DNA of 64,000 nucleotides from a virus. Its lineage: Duplodnaviria; Caudoviricetes. The stretch is from positions 1 through 64,000 of IMG/VR virus record IMGVR_UViG_3300025713_000650; one strand, given 5' to 3'. Below are positions 1-10,492 of the stretch, in pieces. The position numbers and the translations under genes were made by a program. The notes beneath the pieces are model-generated. The model had not been told where the DNA came from. It did not search any database and worked only from the letters and a program-made list of their open reading frames with translations. Each line of letters opens with the position of its first letter. Position 1 is the stretch's first letter.

Positions 1-3000
1 CTTCTGGCTCAAGTGGTATTTCAGGAACCTCTGGGACAAGCGGAACATCCGGAATAAGTGGTTTTTCAGGAACCTCTGGTACAAGCGGAACATCCGGAAT
101 AAGTGGTATTTCAGGAACCTCTGGTACAAGCGGAACCTCAGGATCATCTGGTAACTCAGGAACCTCTGGGACAAGCGGAACTTCTGGCTCAAGTGGAACC
201 TCAGGAACTTCTGGGATTAATGGAGAAAATGGCACATCAGGAACAAGTGGAACCTCAGGAATTAATGGTATTTCAGGCTCTAGCGGTTCAAGTGGAACTT
301 CAGGAACCTCAGGTTCTTCAGGAACTTCTGGCTCAAGTGGTATTGATGGAACTTCAGGAACCTCTGGATCTTCAGGAGATAGTTTTATTTGGAAAGGTGG
401 ATGGTCTTCAGGTATTTTATATTATAAAAATGATATTACTAAAACCGAATATAATACATATATTTGTAAAGTAAATCATACTTCCCAATATATTACTCAG
501 CCAGGTATAGGAGAAAATTGGGGGGGTAATTGGGATATCTTTACTCAAGGTGGCGTTGGATCTAGCGGAACTTCAGGGTCAAGTGGAACCTCCGGGATAA
601 ATGGGACAAGCGGATCTTCAGGTAGCTCTGGAAATTCAGGTTCTTCTGGCTCTAGCGGAACAAGTGGTATTAATGGTATTTCAGGAACCTCTGGTTCTTC
701 AGGAACCTCTGGTTCTTCAGGATATAGTTTTATTTGGAGGGGATCTTGGTTAAATCTAAAAAATTATTATATAAATGAAATTGTTGAAAATAATGGAAAT
801 ACTTATGTTTCCATTGAAGATCATACATCGTCTTTAGAAACAGAGCCAGGAGAAGGAATTAACTGGGAAACATGTTGGGAATTATTTGTTCATGGAGGAA
901 GCGGATCTTCAGGTAGTTCAGGAACATCTGGCTCTTCTGGTACAAGTGGTTCTTCAGGAATAAATGGTATATCAGGGACAAGCGGATCTTCGGGGACTTC
1001 TGGTCAAGATGGCTTAACAATGAATTGGAAAGGTGAATGGAGTGAATTAATTACTTATAATTATTATGATGCTGTTTTTAGATTAGGAGCATCTTATCTT
1101 TGTATTGATGAATTGGGAAGTCAAGGTGATGATCCCACAAATAGTCCATTAAAATGGTCAATTGTTGTTGAAGGAGGTACTTCGGGATCTAGCGGAACAA
1201 GTGGCTCTTCAGGTTCGTCAGGAATAGACGGTTCTTCAGGAACATCTGGAACAAGTGGTATTTCTGGGACATCAGGTACTTCTGGCCAAGGTTTTATTTG
1301 GAGGGGATCTTGGTCTTTATCTCAAGATTATTATGTAAACGATATATGTGAAATAGGAAATATTATATATTTATGTATTGAAAATAATAATTCAGATGAA
1401 AATAATAAACCCGGAGAAGGAATTAATTGGGAAACATATTGGGAAATATTTATAATAGGAGCTTCAACAACATCAGGAACATCAGGAACCTCAGGATTTT
1501 CAGGAACAAGTGGAACTTCAGGAACTTCTGGAATTAGTGGAACTTCAGGAACTTCTTCATATTTAGAATTAGATGAATATGATTTAGGAAACTCAGGATC
1601 TTTAAAAAATATAGATTGGACAATATCAAGATTACAAGAAATTACATTAACTGCTCATTGTCAAATAACATTTTCAAATCCCTCTAAAGGAATGACAATA
1701 TTATTAAAAGTAATACAAGATTCAACAGGAGGATGGGATATTTCATGGCCGGATAATGTTATTTGGCCTGGAGCAATAATTGATAATAAAACTGCGAATA
1801 GTACAAATATTATTGTATTTCTTTATGATGGAACAGATTATTTTGCTGCACCAATGACAAGTCCTGGAACTTCAGGAACAAGTGGTTTATTTGATCATAA
1901 TCTTTCTCAAACATTAAATGCAAATCAACATGATATTTCTCATTTATTAGCTTTAACATATAATTCTGAATATAATAATGGCAGTTCAACATCAACAATA
2001 ACAATTGATTGGTCAAATGGTCAAGTTCAAAGATTATTATTATCTGAGGCTTGTACAATAACATTTTCAAATCCTCAAGGTGTTGGATATTATTTATTAA
2101 GATTAACAACTGGTACATTTAATGCAACATTTAATAATGTCACTTGGACAGGAGAAACTCCTACTTTTGGAGAAGATGCTGAAAATATAATTTTATTTTA
2201 TTTTAATGGGACTAACTATTTTGGTCATGTTTGGGGAACAGGAGGTGGAAGCGGTGAATCAGGAACTTCAGGAACTTCTGGGACAAGTGGAACCTCTGGA
2301 ACAAGTGGTTCTTCAGGATCAAGTGGAAGTTCTGGTCTAACTGGTACTTCAGGAACCTCAGGAACTTCTGGGACAAGTGGAACTTCGGGTATAGGAATAT
2401 CAGGAACTTCAGGAACCTCAGGAACTTCTGGGACAAGTGGAACTTCGGGTATAGGAACTTCAGGAACTTCAGGTACAAGTGGTACTCTTGCATTAACTGA
2501 ATATGACAATGGTAATAGTGGATCTTCAATAACTATTGATTGGAATACTCATGGACGACTTCAAGAAGTAATACTTACTGCTAATTGTTCTATATCCTTT
2601 ACTGCACCATCTCCATCTGTATCACTAATATTGAAAGTAACACAAAATGGTACTGGTGGGTATATTATTACATGGCCACTTTCTGTTGAATGGAGTGGTA
2701 CTGCACCAACTATTGATCCAGATCCTAATGCTACTACTGTTATAGTATTCCTTTATGATGGAACATATTATTATGGTGCTCCTCTTGTAGGTCCAGGTAC
2801 ATCAGGAACAAGTGGTTCCTCTGGTACATCTGGAACAGGAACATCAGGAACTTCAGGAACCAGTGGAACTTCTGGGACAAGTGGAACTTCGGGTATAGGA
2901 ACTTCAGGAACTTCAGGAACCAGTGGAACTTCTGGGACAAGTGGAACTTCGGGTATAGGAACTTCAGGAACTTCAGGTACATCAGGAACTTCTCCTGAAC

Positions 3001-3545
3001 CAGGAGATAAATATTTATTTACACAAGAAACAGCAAACACAACTTGGTCTATAAATCATAATTTAAATGATAAATATGTTATTGTTGAAGTATATGATAA
3101 TAATGATGAAATAATATATCCCGAATCAATAACTGCTGTTGATTCAAATAATTTAACAATTACTTTTTCAACAGGAGTTAATGGATATGCAACAATAGCA
3201 TCAGGAGGTGGTGGGGGAGGTGCATCTCCTATAATGATTGAAGAAGATTTAGGTACACAAACAACTTCTATTGAAATTGATTGGTCTATCTCAAGATTAC
3301 AAAAATTAATCTTAGGTGGAGATAATATTACAGTTACAATGTTACCTCCTGATGGTTGTCAATCTTTAATTTTAAAAATTTATCAAGATAGTACAGGAAA
3401 TAGAATAATTACATGGCCCACAAGTGTTTTATGGCCAGGAGGTATTGAGCCATTGTTGACAACTTCAGCCAATAGTTTTGATATTGTTACATTTTTATAT
3501 GATGGTACTAATTATATAGCTTGTGCATCATTAGATTTGAAGTAA
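1..3545 (+). CDS. Gly-Thr-Ser (collagen-like G-X-X) repeat tail fibre / virion protein, 5'-partial
   Basis: The frame of ORF 1020..3545 stays open back to position 3. Long (SGT)n tracts alternate with repeated W-rich modules (FIWRGSW...NWETYWE) and repeated 'IDW...LQ..IL...I.F..P....L.L...QD.TG...ITWP..V.W' domains. Confidence 0.8.
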   Translation, partial: SGSSGISGTSGTSGTSGISGFSGTSGTSGTSGISGISGTSGTSGTSGSSGNSGTSGTSGTSGSSGTSGTSGINGENGTSGTSGTSGINGISGSSGSSGTSGTSGSSGTSGSSGIDGTSGTSGSSGDSFIWKGGWSSGILYYKNDITKTEYNTYICKVNHTSQYITQPGIGENWGGNWDIFTQGGVGSSGTSGSSGTSGINGTSGSSGSSGNSGSSGSSGTSGINGISGTSGSSGTSGSSGYSFIWRGSWLNLKNYYINEIVENNGNTYVSIEDHTSSLETEPGEGINWETCWELFVHGGSGSSGSSGTSGSSGTSGSSGINGISGTSGSSGTSGQDGLTMNWKGEWSELITYNYYDAVFRLGASYLCIDELGSQGDDPTNSPLKWSIVVEGGTSGSSGTSGSSGSSGIDGSSGTSGTSGISGTSGTSGQGFIWRGSWSLSQDYYVNDICEIGNIIYLCIENNNSDENNKPGEGINWETYWEIFIIGASTTSGTSGTSGFSGTSGTSGTSGISGTSGTSSYLELDEYDLGNSGSLKNIDWTISRLQEITLTAHCQITFSNPSKGMTILLKVIQDSTGGWDISWPDNVIWPGAIIDNKTANSTNIIVFLYDGTDYFAAPMTSPGTSGTSGLFDHNLSQTLNANQHDISHLLALTYNSEYNNGSSTSTITIDWSNGQVQRLLLSEACTITFSNPQGVGYYLLRLTTGTFNATFNNVTWTGETPTFGEDAENIILFYFNGTNYFGHVWGTGGGSGESGTSGTSGTSGTSGTSGSSGSSGSSGLTGTSGTSGTSGTSGTSGIGISGTSGTSGTSGTSGTSGIGTSGTSGTSGTLALTEYDNGNSGSSITIDWNTHGRLQEVILTANCSISFTAPSPSVSLILKVTQNGTGGYIITWPLSVEWSGTAPTIDPDPNATTVIVFLYDGTYYYGAPLVGPGTSGTSGSSGTSGTGTSGTSGTSGTSGTSGTSGIGTSGTSGTSGTSGTSGTSGIGTSGTSGTSGTSPEPGDKYLFTQETANTTWSINHNLNDKYVIVEVYDNNDEIIYPESITAVDSNNLTITFSTGVNGYATIASGGGGGGASPIMIEEDLGTQTTSIEIDWSISRLQKLILGGDNITVTMLPPDGCQSLILKIYQDSTGNRIITWPTSVLWPGGIEPLLTTSANSFDIVTFLYDGTNYIACASLDLK

Positions 3546-3562
3546 AAAGGAGAAATTAAAAT

Positions 3563-4024
3563 ATGTCTAAACTCTTATGTATTAATTCAAAATCTTGGAA
3601 ACCTGAAATTAATAATATAGGTGATATTGTTGGAGAATATCCAGATAATCACATATTTTCAGAATCTGAAAAATTATTCTTTGATATAATTGATATATCT
3701 GATATTAGTGTTGATGAAATAAGAGAAACATTAAAAATAGATATTGAAAAAATTTATGAAGCTGAAGATGGTAAATTCATAAAGAATATTAAAGATATTA
3801 ACAAATCAAAAGAGATTTTATTATTAAATGATAATGGAAAGAAAATTGAAATTATCAATATGCCAAAATATAAAAGAAGTTTGATAAATCTTAAAAAAGA
3901 AGAAATAGAATTATTAAAAAATTCTAAAGATAAAAATATTAAACTTAATATTATTAGAAATAGTAAAAATAATATTAAAGAATTAAATCAAAAAGAATTT
4001 AATGTTTCAAAAATAGAGGATTAA
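3563..4024 (+). CDS. hypothetical protein in tail-fibre cluster
   Basis: 153-aa ORF with AAGGAG RBS. Confidence 0.65.
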   Translation: MSKLLCINSKSWKPEINNIGDIVGEYPDNHIFSESEKLFFDIIDISDISVDEIRETLKIDIEKIYEAEDGKFIKNIKDINKSKEILLLNDNGKKIEIINMPKYKRSLINLKKEEIELLKNSKDKNIKLNIIRNSKNNIKELNQKEFNVSKIED

Positions 4025-4028
4025 AAAT

Positions 4029-6536
4029 TTGGCTATTTATTCATGTATTTATCCATCAGGTTATACTCTTAATTCAGAAGAACAGACTTTATATGGATTA
4101 AAGTGTTATACATCAATGTCTGCTTGGGAAGCAGTTGAAAATACTAATCTTAGTGATATATTATATTGTAATATCTTACCTGGAGATGTAAATAATAATT
4201 GGGGCACAGCAGGTAAAGATACAAATAATGTTACATTTTCAGGATGGATTTGTACTGTAAACAGTAAATATATTTTGATTTCAACCGTTGATAACCCTTC
4301 TCCTTTATGGGATGAATCAAAATATGTTTTCAGTGGAACAGCAACATCAACTAGAAGTTTTTATATTAATAATTCAGGACTTTTAGATATAAGATTTGTT
4401 GGCATCCAAATTGAACAAGCACAAGGATATAATGCTAATTTAATTTATTTATATAATAGTGCAAATATGAGTTTTATAAGATTTTTTTCTTGTAGAATAA
4501 GACAAAATAATGCTTATTCTGGTATATATCATGCAAACTCATATATTTGGCTTGGTTTATACTCATGTATTTTTGAGGGAAATGGAATTGGAACATATGG
4601 TTATATAAATAATGGAGAAAAAATTTATTCACATGTTGTAAATTGTTTATTTACAGGATGGACAACATATGCAGTTTATTATAATAGTTATTCTAAAAAT
4701 TATAATTTAAATAATGTTTATTTTAATAATACTAACGATACTTATAGGGGAATTTATGAGAACTGTGCTGCTGATAAAAGTATTGATTGTCCATTTATAG
4801 TAATTTTAGGAAATTCTTCTGTATGGAATAAAACTTTTAAAGATTATATAAATGGAGATTATAGACTTAAAAATGAATTTGTTCCATTATTTGATGCAGG
4901 AACATTTTCTTGTCAAAATATGATAGATTGTTCTAATACATCAATAGATTATTTAAGAAATACAATTCCGAAAAGACTTAATCCTTGTATTGGGCCTTTT
5001 GAACATCAAACCAATATTAGTTGGTTACCTGGATGGAGGAAAAGAATAAGATTATCAATTAGTTCAGATAAAATAGATTCTGATCTTACTTGGTTTCCTG
5101 TTACTGTTTTTCTTAATGAAAATAATATTGGAGAAGAATTTTTTCAAGAATTAACACATAATTCTTTATATAATAAAATTGCTTTTACAACAGGAGATGG
5201 AATTTCTGTATTAAACGCTGAGTGTGAATTATTTGATTCTGTAAATAAACAAGCTATTTATCATATTTCTCATAAAAATTGGACTTTGAAAGGTAATCAA
5301 CCTAATTATATTTATTGTTATTATGATTATAAAAAAACTTCAAATGGATTAAGAACAGGAATAATTACTTCTTATAGTGCTTCCTTAGTATGGGATGATA
5401 ATTATATTGGTGTATTTCACGGATGCATGTCTCAACAAGCTAGCCAATTTCGTTTTAATGTTTTAGGTGAAGGTGATTATGGTCAAGATGGAGAATTGTA
5501 TATTTTTGACGATAAAGGTAATTGGTGGAATTGGAAATATTCTTATACAACATATTGGCAAGAAATAGTTGTAGATTTAAGAAATCCTTATTCTAAAAAT
5601 GGTGAATTGGATTGGGCTAATATTGATTATTATAGATTTGATTTAAATACATCTGGGAGAACAGTTTATATTGATAATATAAGAGTTTTTAATTTTAATG
5701 GTAATTATATTCACACTAATAGTTGTGAATCAACAAATTCTTGGTACGCATCTAATGGTACTATAGCTAGAAATAGTTCAAATAAATATGAAGGAAATTA
5801 TAGTATTAAATTTACATCAACTGCTAATGATGGTATTGCTCTTTATAATCCTTCAGGAAATTTTAAATGGGGAGGAATTTTAAATTCAAAAGAAACGGAT
5901 AATTTATTAGCTGTTGGATTTAATAATGGTTCTTTAAATATTAAACCTGGTTTACAATTTGATGGTGATGATTATATTAAATTTTCAGATGTTGAAGTTT
6001 TTCAAGAAACAGGAAGTCAAACATTAGAAACTGTTGCAAAAGTCTCCTCAGCTGGAATAGATACTATTCAATGTATGTTTATGAAGGGGGATGATTATGG
6101 TGGTTCTTGGGGATTTCGTAGTTACATACAGGACCCAGGTATGTTATTAGCTTCAGCAATTGTTACTATGAATCCATCTATTGTACAATATTCTGTAACA
6201 GATAATTCTCCTAAAGATTTTAATGTTAAATTTCATCATGCTTCTGTTTTTGATAATTCAGCTCAAAAATTAAAACTTTATTCAGATGGAATTTATATAA
6301 ATGAAGTAGCTACAGGAAATACAATTAGACATAATGGTTCTAGTCATATTGGATGTTTTTTTACGGGTGCGGGAGATTTTAGAGCTGGATTTAATGGTAT
6401 TATTTATGAAGTAAGATTATCTAAAATAGTAAGATCATCTACTTGGGTAAAAGTTTCTTCATTATCATTATTAGATCAATTATTAGAATATGGTAATGAA
6501 GAAACTCAAAATAATTTATTTGTTAAAACTTTATAA
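4029..6536 (+). CDS. putative receptor-binding protein: beta-helix-like N-terminus, DUF2341-like, carbohydrate-binding-like insert, LamG-like C-terminus
   Basis: WLPGWRKRIRLSI..KIDSDLTWFPV and IYCYYD...VWDDNY are DUF2341-like; FDGDDYI...FNGIIYEVRLSKIVRS is LamG-like; TTG start. Confidence 0.65.
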   Translation: MAIYSCIYPSGYTLNSEEQTLYGLKCYTSMSAWEAVENTNLSDILYCNILPGDVNNNWGTAGKDTNNVTFSGWICTVNSKYILISTVDNPSPLWDESKYVFSGTATSTRSFYINNSGLLDIRFVGIQIEQAQGYNANLIYLYNSANMSFIRFFSCRIRQNNAYSGIYHANSYIWLGLYSCIFEGNGIGTYGYINNGEKIYSHVVNCLFTGWTTYAVYYNSYSKNYNLNNVYFNNTNDTYRGIYENCAADKSIDCPFIVILGNSSVWNKTFKDYINGDYRLKNEFVPLFDAGTFSCQNMIDCSNTSIDYLRNTIPKRLNPCIGPFEHQTNISWLPGWRKRIRLSISSDKIDSDLTWFPVTVFLNENNIGEEFFQELTHNSLYNKIAFTTGDGISVLNAECELFDSVNKQAIYHISHKNWTLKGNQPNYIYCYYDYKKTSNGLRTGIITSYSASLVWDDNYIGVFHGCMSQQASQFRFNVLGEGDYGQDGELYIFDDKGNWWNWKYSYTTYWQEIVVDLRNPYSKNGELDWANIDYYRFDLNTSGRTVYIDNIRVFNFNGNYIHTNSCESTNSWYASNGTIARNSSNKYEGNYSIKFTSTANDGIALYNPSGNFKWGGILNSKETDNLLAVGFNNGSLNIKPGLQFDGDDYIKFSDVEVFQETGSQTLETVAKVSSAGIDTIQCMFMKGDDYGGSWGFRSYIQDPGMLLASAIVTMNPSIVQYSVTDNSPKDFNVKFHHASVFDNSAQKLKLYSDGIYINEVATGNTIRHNGSSHIGCFFTGAGDFRAGFNGIIYEVRLSKIVRSSTWVKVSSLSLLDQLLEYGNEETQNNLFVKTL

Positions 6537-6563
6537 ATTTTGATAATAAAAGGTTAAAATCTA

Positions 6564-6809
6564 ATGAAAGAATATGGAAAAAATTTTAAAGCCTTAGCTT
6601 ATTTTGATCAAGAAATAGATAATGGTAATTCTGGAACAGAAGATTCAACAGTTAAACCTGCTGCTGTAACAACAGAATATTTACAAGGGGTTACTAGCTC
6701 TAATATAGATACAATAAGATTATACTCGGGAACCACTCCAGGAATTGGTTATATATTTGATCAAATTATAGTTTCTCAAACCAGTATTGGATCTGGAGAT
6801 GAACCATAA
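6564..6809 (+). CDS. short chimeric fibre-related ORF, possible remnant
   Basis: N-terminus resembles 7923..8198 (MKEYGKNF vs MRDFGKTF) and carries the fibre motif DNGNSG. Confidence 0.4.
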   Translation: MKEYGKNFKALAYFDQEIDNGNSGTEDSTVKPAAVTTEYLQGVTSSNIDTIRLYSGTTPGIGYIFDQIIVSQTSIGSGDEP

Positions 6810-6845
6810 AATAAATGATATATATTTTTGTATAGGATTTTAAAT

Positions 6846-7523
6846 ATGGCAAAATATAAAAGATTTTATTTTCCATCATCAGGAACTCCTAATATTTCTC
6901 CTGCATATGGAAATATGTGGGATTATTACTCTTATGCATCAAGAGGAATATTATCTCCTATTAAAACAGATAGTATTATATCACAATCTAATAAAATTTT
7001 CTTTGAAGGTAGTTTTACCATTGGATCTAGATTAGCTAAACAATTTATTTCTCAAGAATTACCTGAACAAATAGTGCCTTCAGGAACAATAAAAGGTGTT
7101 GTAGATTGTTATGTAAGTAGTTCATCATATGATCGTAGTTATTTAGCTTTATCTGTAAGAATATGTGATAATTTAGGTAATCATGTTAATGACATAATAA
7201 ATTTTAATTATGATGATAATGATTTTACAAATACATTTTATAGCAAATTATTTACTAATCAAGGGGAAGAAATATCTTATAATACATTCCATATACCCCA
7301 TAGAGGAAGAATAATTATTGAAATAGGTTGTTTTGCAGATAATAATCCACGTAAAGATGCATATACTAGATATTATTTTGGTGATAGTTCATTAGATGAT
7401 ATTGCTCCATATGAAAATATAAGATATCAACTACGTAATCCTTGGATAGAATTTTCAAATTATATAAATTATACATTTGAAGATAGAATTTATGGAAATC
7501 CTTTATCTATGTTAATTTGGTAA
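6846..7523 (+). CDS. putative tail-associated protein
   Basis: ATG at 6846 after AGGA; C-terminus IYGNPLSMLIW shared with 8283..9800. Confidence 0.6.
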   Translation: MAKYKRFYFPSSGTPNISPAYGNMWDYYSYASRGILSPIKTDSIISQSNKIFFEGSFTIGSRLAKQFISQELPEQIVPSGTIKGVVDCYVSSSSYDRSYLALSVRICDNLGNHVNDIINFNYDDNDFTNTFYSKLFTNQGEEISYNTFHIPHRGRIIIEIGCFADNNPRKDAYTRYYFGDSSLDDIAPYENIRYQLRNPWIEFSNYINYTFEDRIYGNPLSMLIW

Positions 7524-7603
7524 AAATCTTATTGGCAAAAATATAGTGAAATCTTTAAAGATTAAGCTTCTAAAATCAGAAGAAAATAAATTTTGGAGGA
7601 TAC

Positions 7604-7810
7604 ATATCTAATGATTTAGTTAAAAAAGATGGTGATTTTAGTATATCAGAATTGTTTAAACCCAGTAATTTATTAAAACCAGAAGATGCTGAGTTTCTTA
7701 AGAAACACGCTGATAAGTTTGAACAAAGATTTGCAACTAGATCTTTGTTTAGATCTAGATTTGAAATGGAATCTTCTGTCCTTAATGATGATGTTCATAA
7801 GATTCGTTGA
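7604..7810 (+). pseudogene. truncated paralog of ORF 10493..10894
   Basis: Translates to ...FLKKHADKFEQRFATRSLFRSRFEMESSVLNDDVH, versus FLKDHSDQFEKRFRTRSLFRSKFEMEASVLNEDVH in the paralog. GGAGG RBS but ATA at the start position; cut by a mini-element at 7799. Confidence 0.75.
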
Positions 7811-7847
7811 GTGGAAACCTCGTGCCCTTGTGGTCGAGGTAATTGAC
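7799..7847. mobile_element. 49-bp IS200/IS605-type mini-element, copy 1
   Basis: One mismatch to 17962-18010; central hairpin; ends GTAATTGAC like the IscB element end (GTAGTTGAC); preceded by TTCAT. Confidence 0.7.
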
Positions 7848-7922
7848 TGAATTTTCTTTTAACTTTAAATCTTAACAAATTAATAAAAATATAAATTATT
7901 TATTTAGGAGTTAAATCTTTAA

Positions 7923-8280
7923 ATGAGAGATTTTGGAAAAACTTTTGAAGGTCCTATTATTATTGAAAAAGTACCTGAGTTACCAGATCATAATGAAAAT
8001 GATAAATCAAGATTAATATTTACAGAGAATACCGATGATTTATATCTTGGTAAAACTTCAGAATGGTATAAATTTGAATCGGGAACTTCGGGAACTAGCG
8101 GAACTTCAGGATCATCAGGTATTGATGGTGAAAATGGTTTACCAGGAATTCCAGGTTTACCGGGAACAAGTGGGACAAGCGGATCATCAGCCTCCTGATG
8201 GTTGTCAATCTTTAATTTTAAAAATTTATCAAGATAGTACAGGAAATAGAATAATTACATGGCCCACAAGTGAGGATTAA
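7923..8280 (+). pseudogene. collapsed remnant of a GTS-repeat fibre gene
   Basis: N-terminus and GTS repeats fused out of frame to an 82-bp exact copy (8191-8272) of 3345-3426. Confidence 0.7.
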
Positions 8281-8282
8281 TT

Positions 8283-9800
8283 ATGGCAATATACTCTTGT
8301 ATTTATCCATCAGGATATACATTATCTGCAGAAGAATCTGCATTGTACAGTAGCAGAGCATACACATCCATGTCAGCATGGGAGACTGCTCGTGATGGTA
8401 CATTAACTCAAGATGAAATATGTCATATTCTCCCTGGTGATGTTAATCATAATTGGAGTACAGCAGGTGCAGATACTGCAGATGTTACTTTTACTGGATG
8501 GCAATGTGGTTCTTATAAGATAGATATAATAGCATTATCTGGTGCAGATTATCCCAAAGGGAATTATAGCTCATCAAGATACAGATTAGAAGTAAGTGGT
8601 GTAGCCATAACTTTTGCTAATGGTAAAGGCAGTGGTTATGCTCTTCATGTTAATTTCTATGGTATTCAGCTTTATAATACAAAAAGATCTGTATATACTC
8701 TAAGATGGGGTTCAGGTCATAATAACGGTGACTATGTAAATTTTTATAATTGTTATGTAAGATCTAATTATGGTGGCATTGAATTATCTGGAGGTAGCAC
8801 GGGTCAAGGATTAAAATGGTGTTTTTATAACTGTAATATAGTTGGAAATTTTGCTTCTGATGGTATCTCTGCAAACAACACTCTTTATAATAATTGTGAC
8901 TTTGTAAATTGCAATATAACTAAATTTAATGTTGGTGTGGGTGGTGGTGCTTATGCAAACAAAAGATTTATAAACTGTAACATCTTCAATAATGCAACAG
9001 CAGACCATGATTCTGGTGCTGGATATTTTGAGAATTGTGCTACTGATGATTCTATAACAGGTACAAGTGTTATAAATAGAATTGATATATCTCCTTCTGC
9101 TGAAGTAGGTGCTTTAGGTAGTATAAAGTTCTGGGTAAAAGGTGCTGGTACTTATACTAATGATGGAGAATTTTTTGTTATAGATACAAGCTATAATTAT
9201 TATAAGTGGGATTTTTCTTATACTACTAGTTATGTAGAAATAACTTTGGATTTTAGTAGTCCCACATGGACTTCAGGTACTATGAATTGGGGTGCTATTC
9301 AGTATTATCGTTTTGATGTCAATACCACAGGCAGAACAGTATATGTTGATGACATAAGATTTTATGATCTTGCTGGTAATCTTCTTCATCGGAATACTTG
9401 TGAAGTTTCAACTAACTGGTCTTGTGGTAATGGTACCTTAACTAGAGATAGTTCAAATGAATATTCAGGTACTTATTGTATAAAGGTAGTCTCAACTGCT
9501 AATGATTGTTATTCTCATTATAATATGACTTCAGTAAATTGGGAAGTACTTCATGAGTCGAAGTCATGGTCAAAATCTTTTAGTAGTATCTATTATAATA
9601 GATATTGGTTACCAAATCCATATGGTTATACTTATGACAAAGGTGTAGCATCTTCTTCACTTTCTGGTGTTACTATTCCATTAACTGATATTCGAGGATA
9701 TAGAAGACCACAAAGATCATTGCCATCAACAGGTCCTTTTGAATATATGAAACCAGGTAGTGCCATATATGGTAACCCATTATCATTGGTTATATTCTAG
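8283..9800 (+). CDS. putative receptor-binding protein, paralog of 4029..6536
   Basis: Same N-terminus (MAIYSCIYPSGYTL..EE..LY....YTSMSAWE) and the same ~140-aa insert. Confidence 0.7.
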   Translation: MAIYSCIYPSGYTLSAEESALYSSRAYTSMSAWETARDGTLTQDEICHILPGDVNHNWSTAGADTADVTFTGWQCGSYKIDIIALSGADYPKGNYSSSRYRLEVSGVAITFANGKGSGYALHVNFYGIQLYNTKRSVYTLRWGSGHNNGDYVNFYNCYVRSNYGGIELSGGSTGQGLKWCFYNCNIVGNFASDGISANNTLYNNCDFVNCNITKFNVGVGGGAYANKRFINCNIFNNATADHDSGAGYFENCATDDSITGTSVINRIDISPSAEVGALGSIKFWVKGAGTYTNDGEFFVIDTSYNYYKWDFSYTTSYVEITLDFSSPTWTSGTMNWGAIQYYRFDVNTTGRTVYVDDIRFYDLAGNLLHRNTCEVSTNWSCGNGTLTRDSSNEYSGTYCIKVVSTANDCYSHYNMTSVNWEVLHESKSWSKSFSSIYYNRYWLPNPYGYTYDKGVASSSLSGVTIPLTDIRGYRRPQRSLPSTGPFEYMKPGSAIYGNPLSLVIF

Positions 9801-9809
9801 GAGAATGTT

Positions 9810-10409
9810 ATGCAGATTATCTATGATCCTGTAATGTGCAAATATGTACTTCATGAGGATTTTACATTACAGCCTTGTGATATCTTTTTTACTCGTGGAA
9901 ATGGTCTCTTTAGTAAACTGATAAGGTTAGGTGAGAAAACTCCAGGTGACCTAATCTCTATTGTTAATCATACCGGTATTATTACTGAACCTGGTACAAT
10001 TAAAACTGCAAATGTTATAGAAGCCTTATGGAAAGTTGAACATCATACATTATGGAGTCAGTATCATAATAAGAAAGATGAAGTAGCTATATTCAGACCA
10101 ATAGGAATTGATGACGAACAGAAAACCATTATAGTTAATAAAGCCTTAGACTATGAAGGTAGGAATTATGGTTGGTTGAAGATAGCAACTCATGCTGGAG
10201 ACTTTTTTATTGGTGGTCATTACTTTTTCAGAAGATTAACTGATGATGACAAATATCCTATATGTAGTTGGGTTGTTGCTCATTCTTATGGTAAAGCTGG
10301 TTTGCATTTTGGTTGTGATCCAGGTCAAGCAAATCCTGATGATATTTGGGATTATTGTATAAACCATCCTAATAAATATCAATATATCTTCCCTTTAAAT
10401 CGTATCTAG
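9810..10409 (+). CDS. permuted papain-like (NlpC/P60, YiiX/YebB-like) amidase/peptidase
   Basis: DIFFTRG...HTGI...EAL...ICSWVVAHSY, with His before Cys (permuted order). Confidence 0.7.
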   Translation: MQIIYDPVMCKYVLHEDFTLQPCDIFFTRGNGLFSKLIRLGEKTPGDLISIVNHTGIITEPGTIKTANVIEALWKVEHHTLWSQYHNKKDEVAIFRPIGIDDEQKTIIVNKALDYEGRNYGWLKIATHAGDFFIGGHYFFRRLTDDDKYPICSWVVAHSYGKAGLHFGCDPGQANPDDIWDYCINHPNKYQYIFPLNRI

Positions 10410-10492
10410 GATTTTTCAGAAGTTTCTAACGTTCTACTGTCAGCTAACCCGAGCTGGGTTTAAGATTATTAGTCAAAAAACTAGGAGGTTGT

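Noticed and set aside
2260-2990. Near-identical 9-60-bp tandem repeats as a CRISPR array or DGR
   Set aside because: They are in-frame coding repeats with no unique spacers, and there is no cas or reverse transcriptase gene in the window.
103-3040. Alternative-frame ORFs 103..474, 1810..2118, 2212..2529, 2225..2509, 2740..2982 and 2771..3040 (QEP/VPE repeats)
   Set aside because: Shadows of the SGT-repeat codons of the fibre gene.
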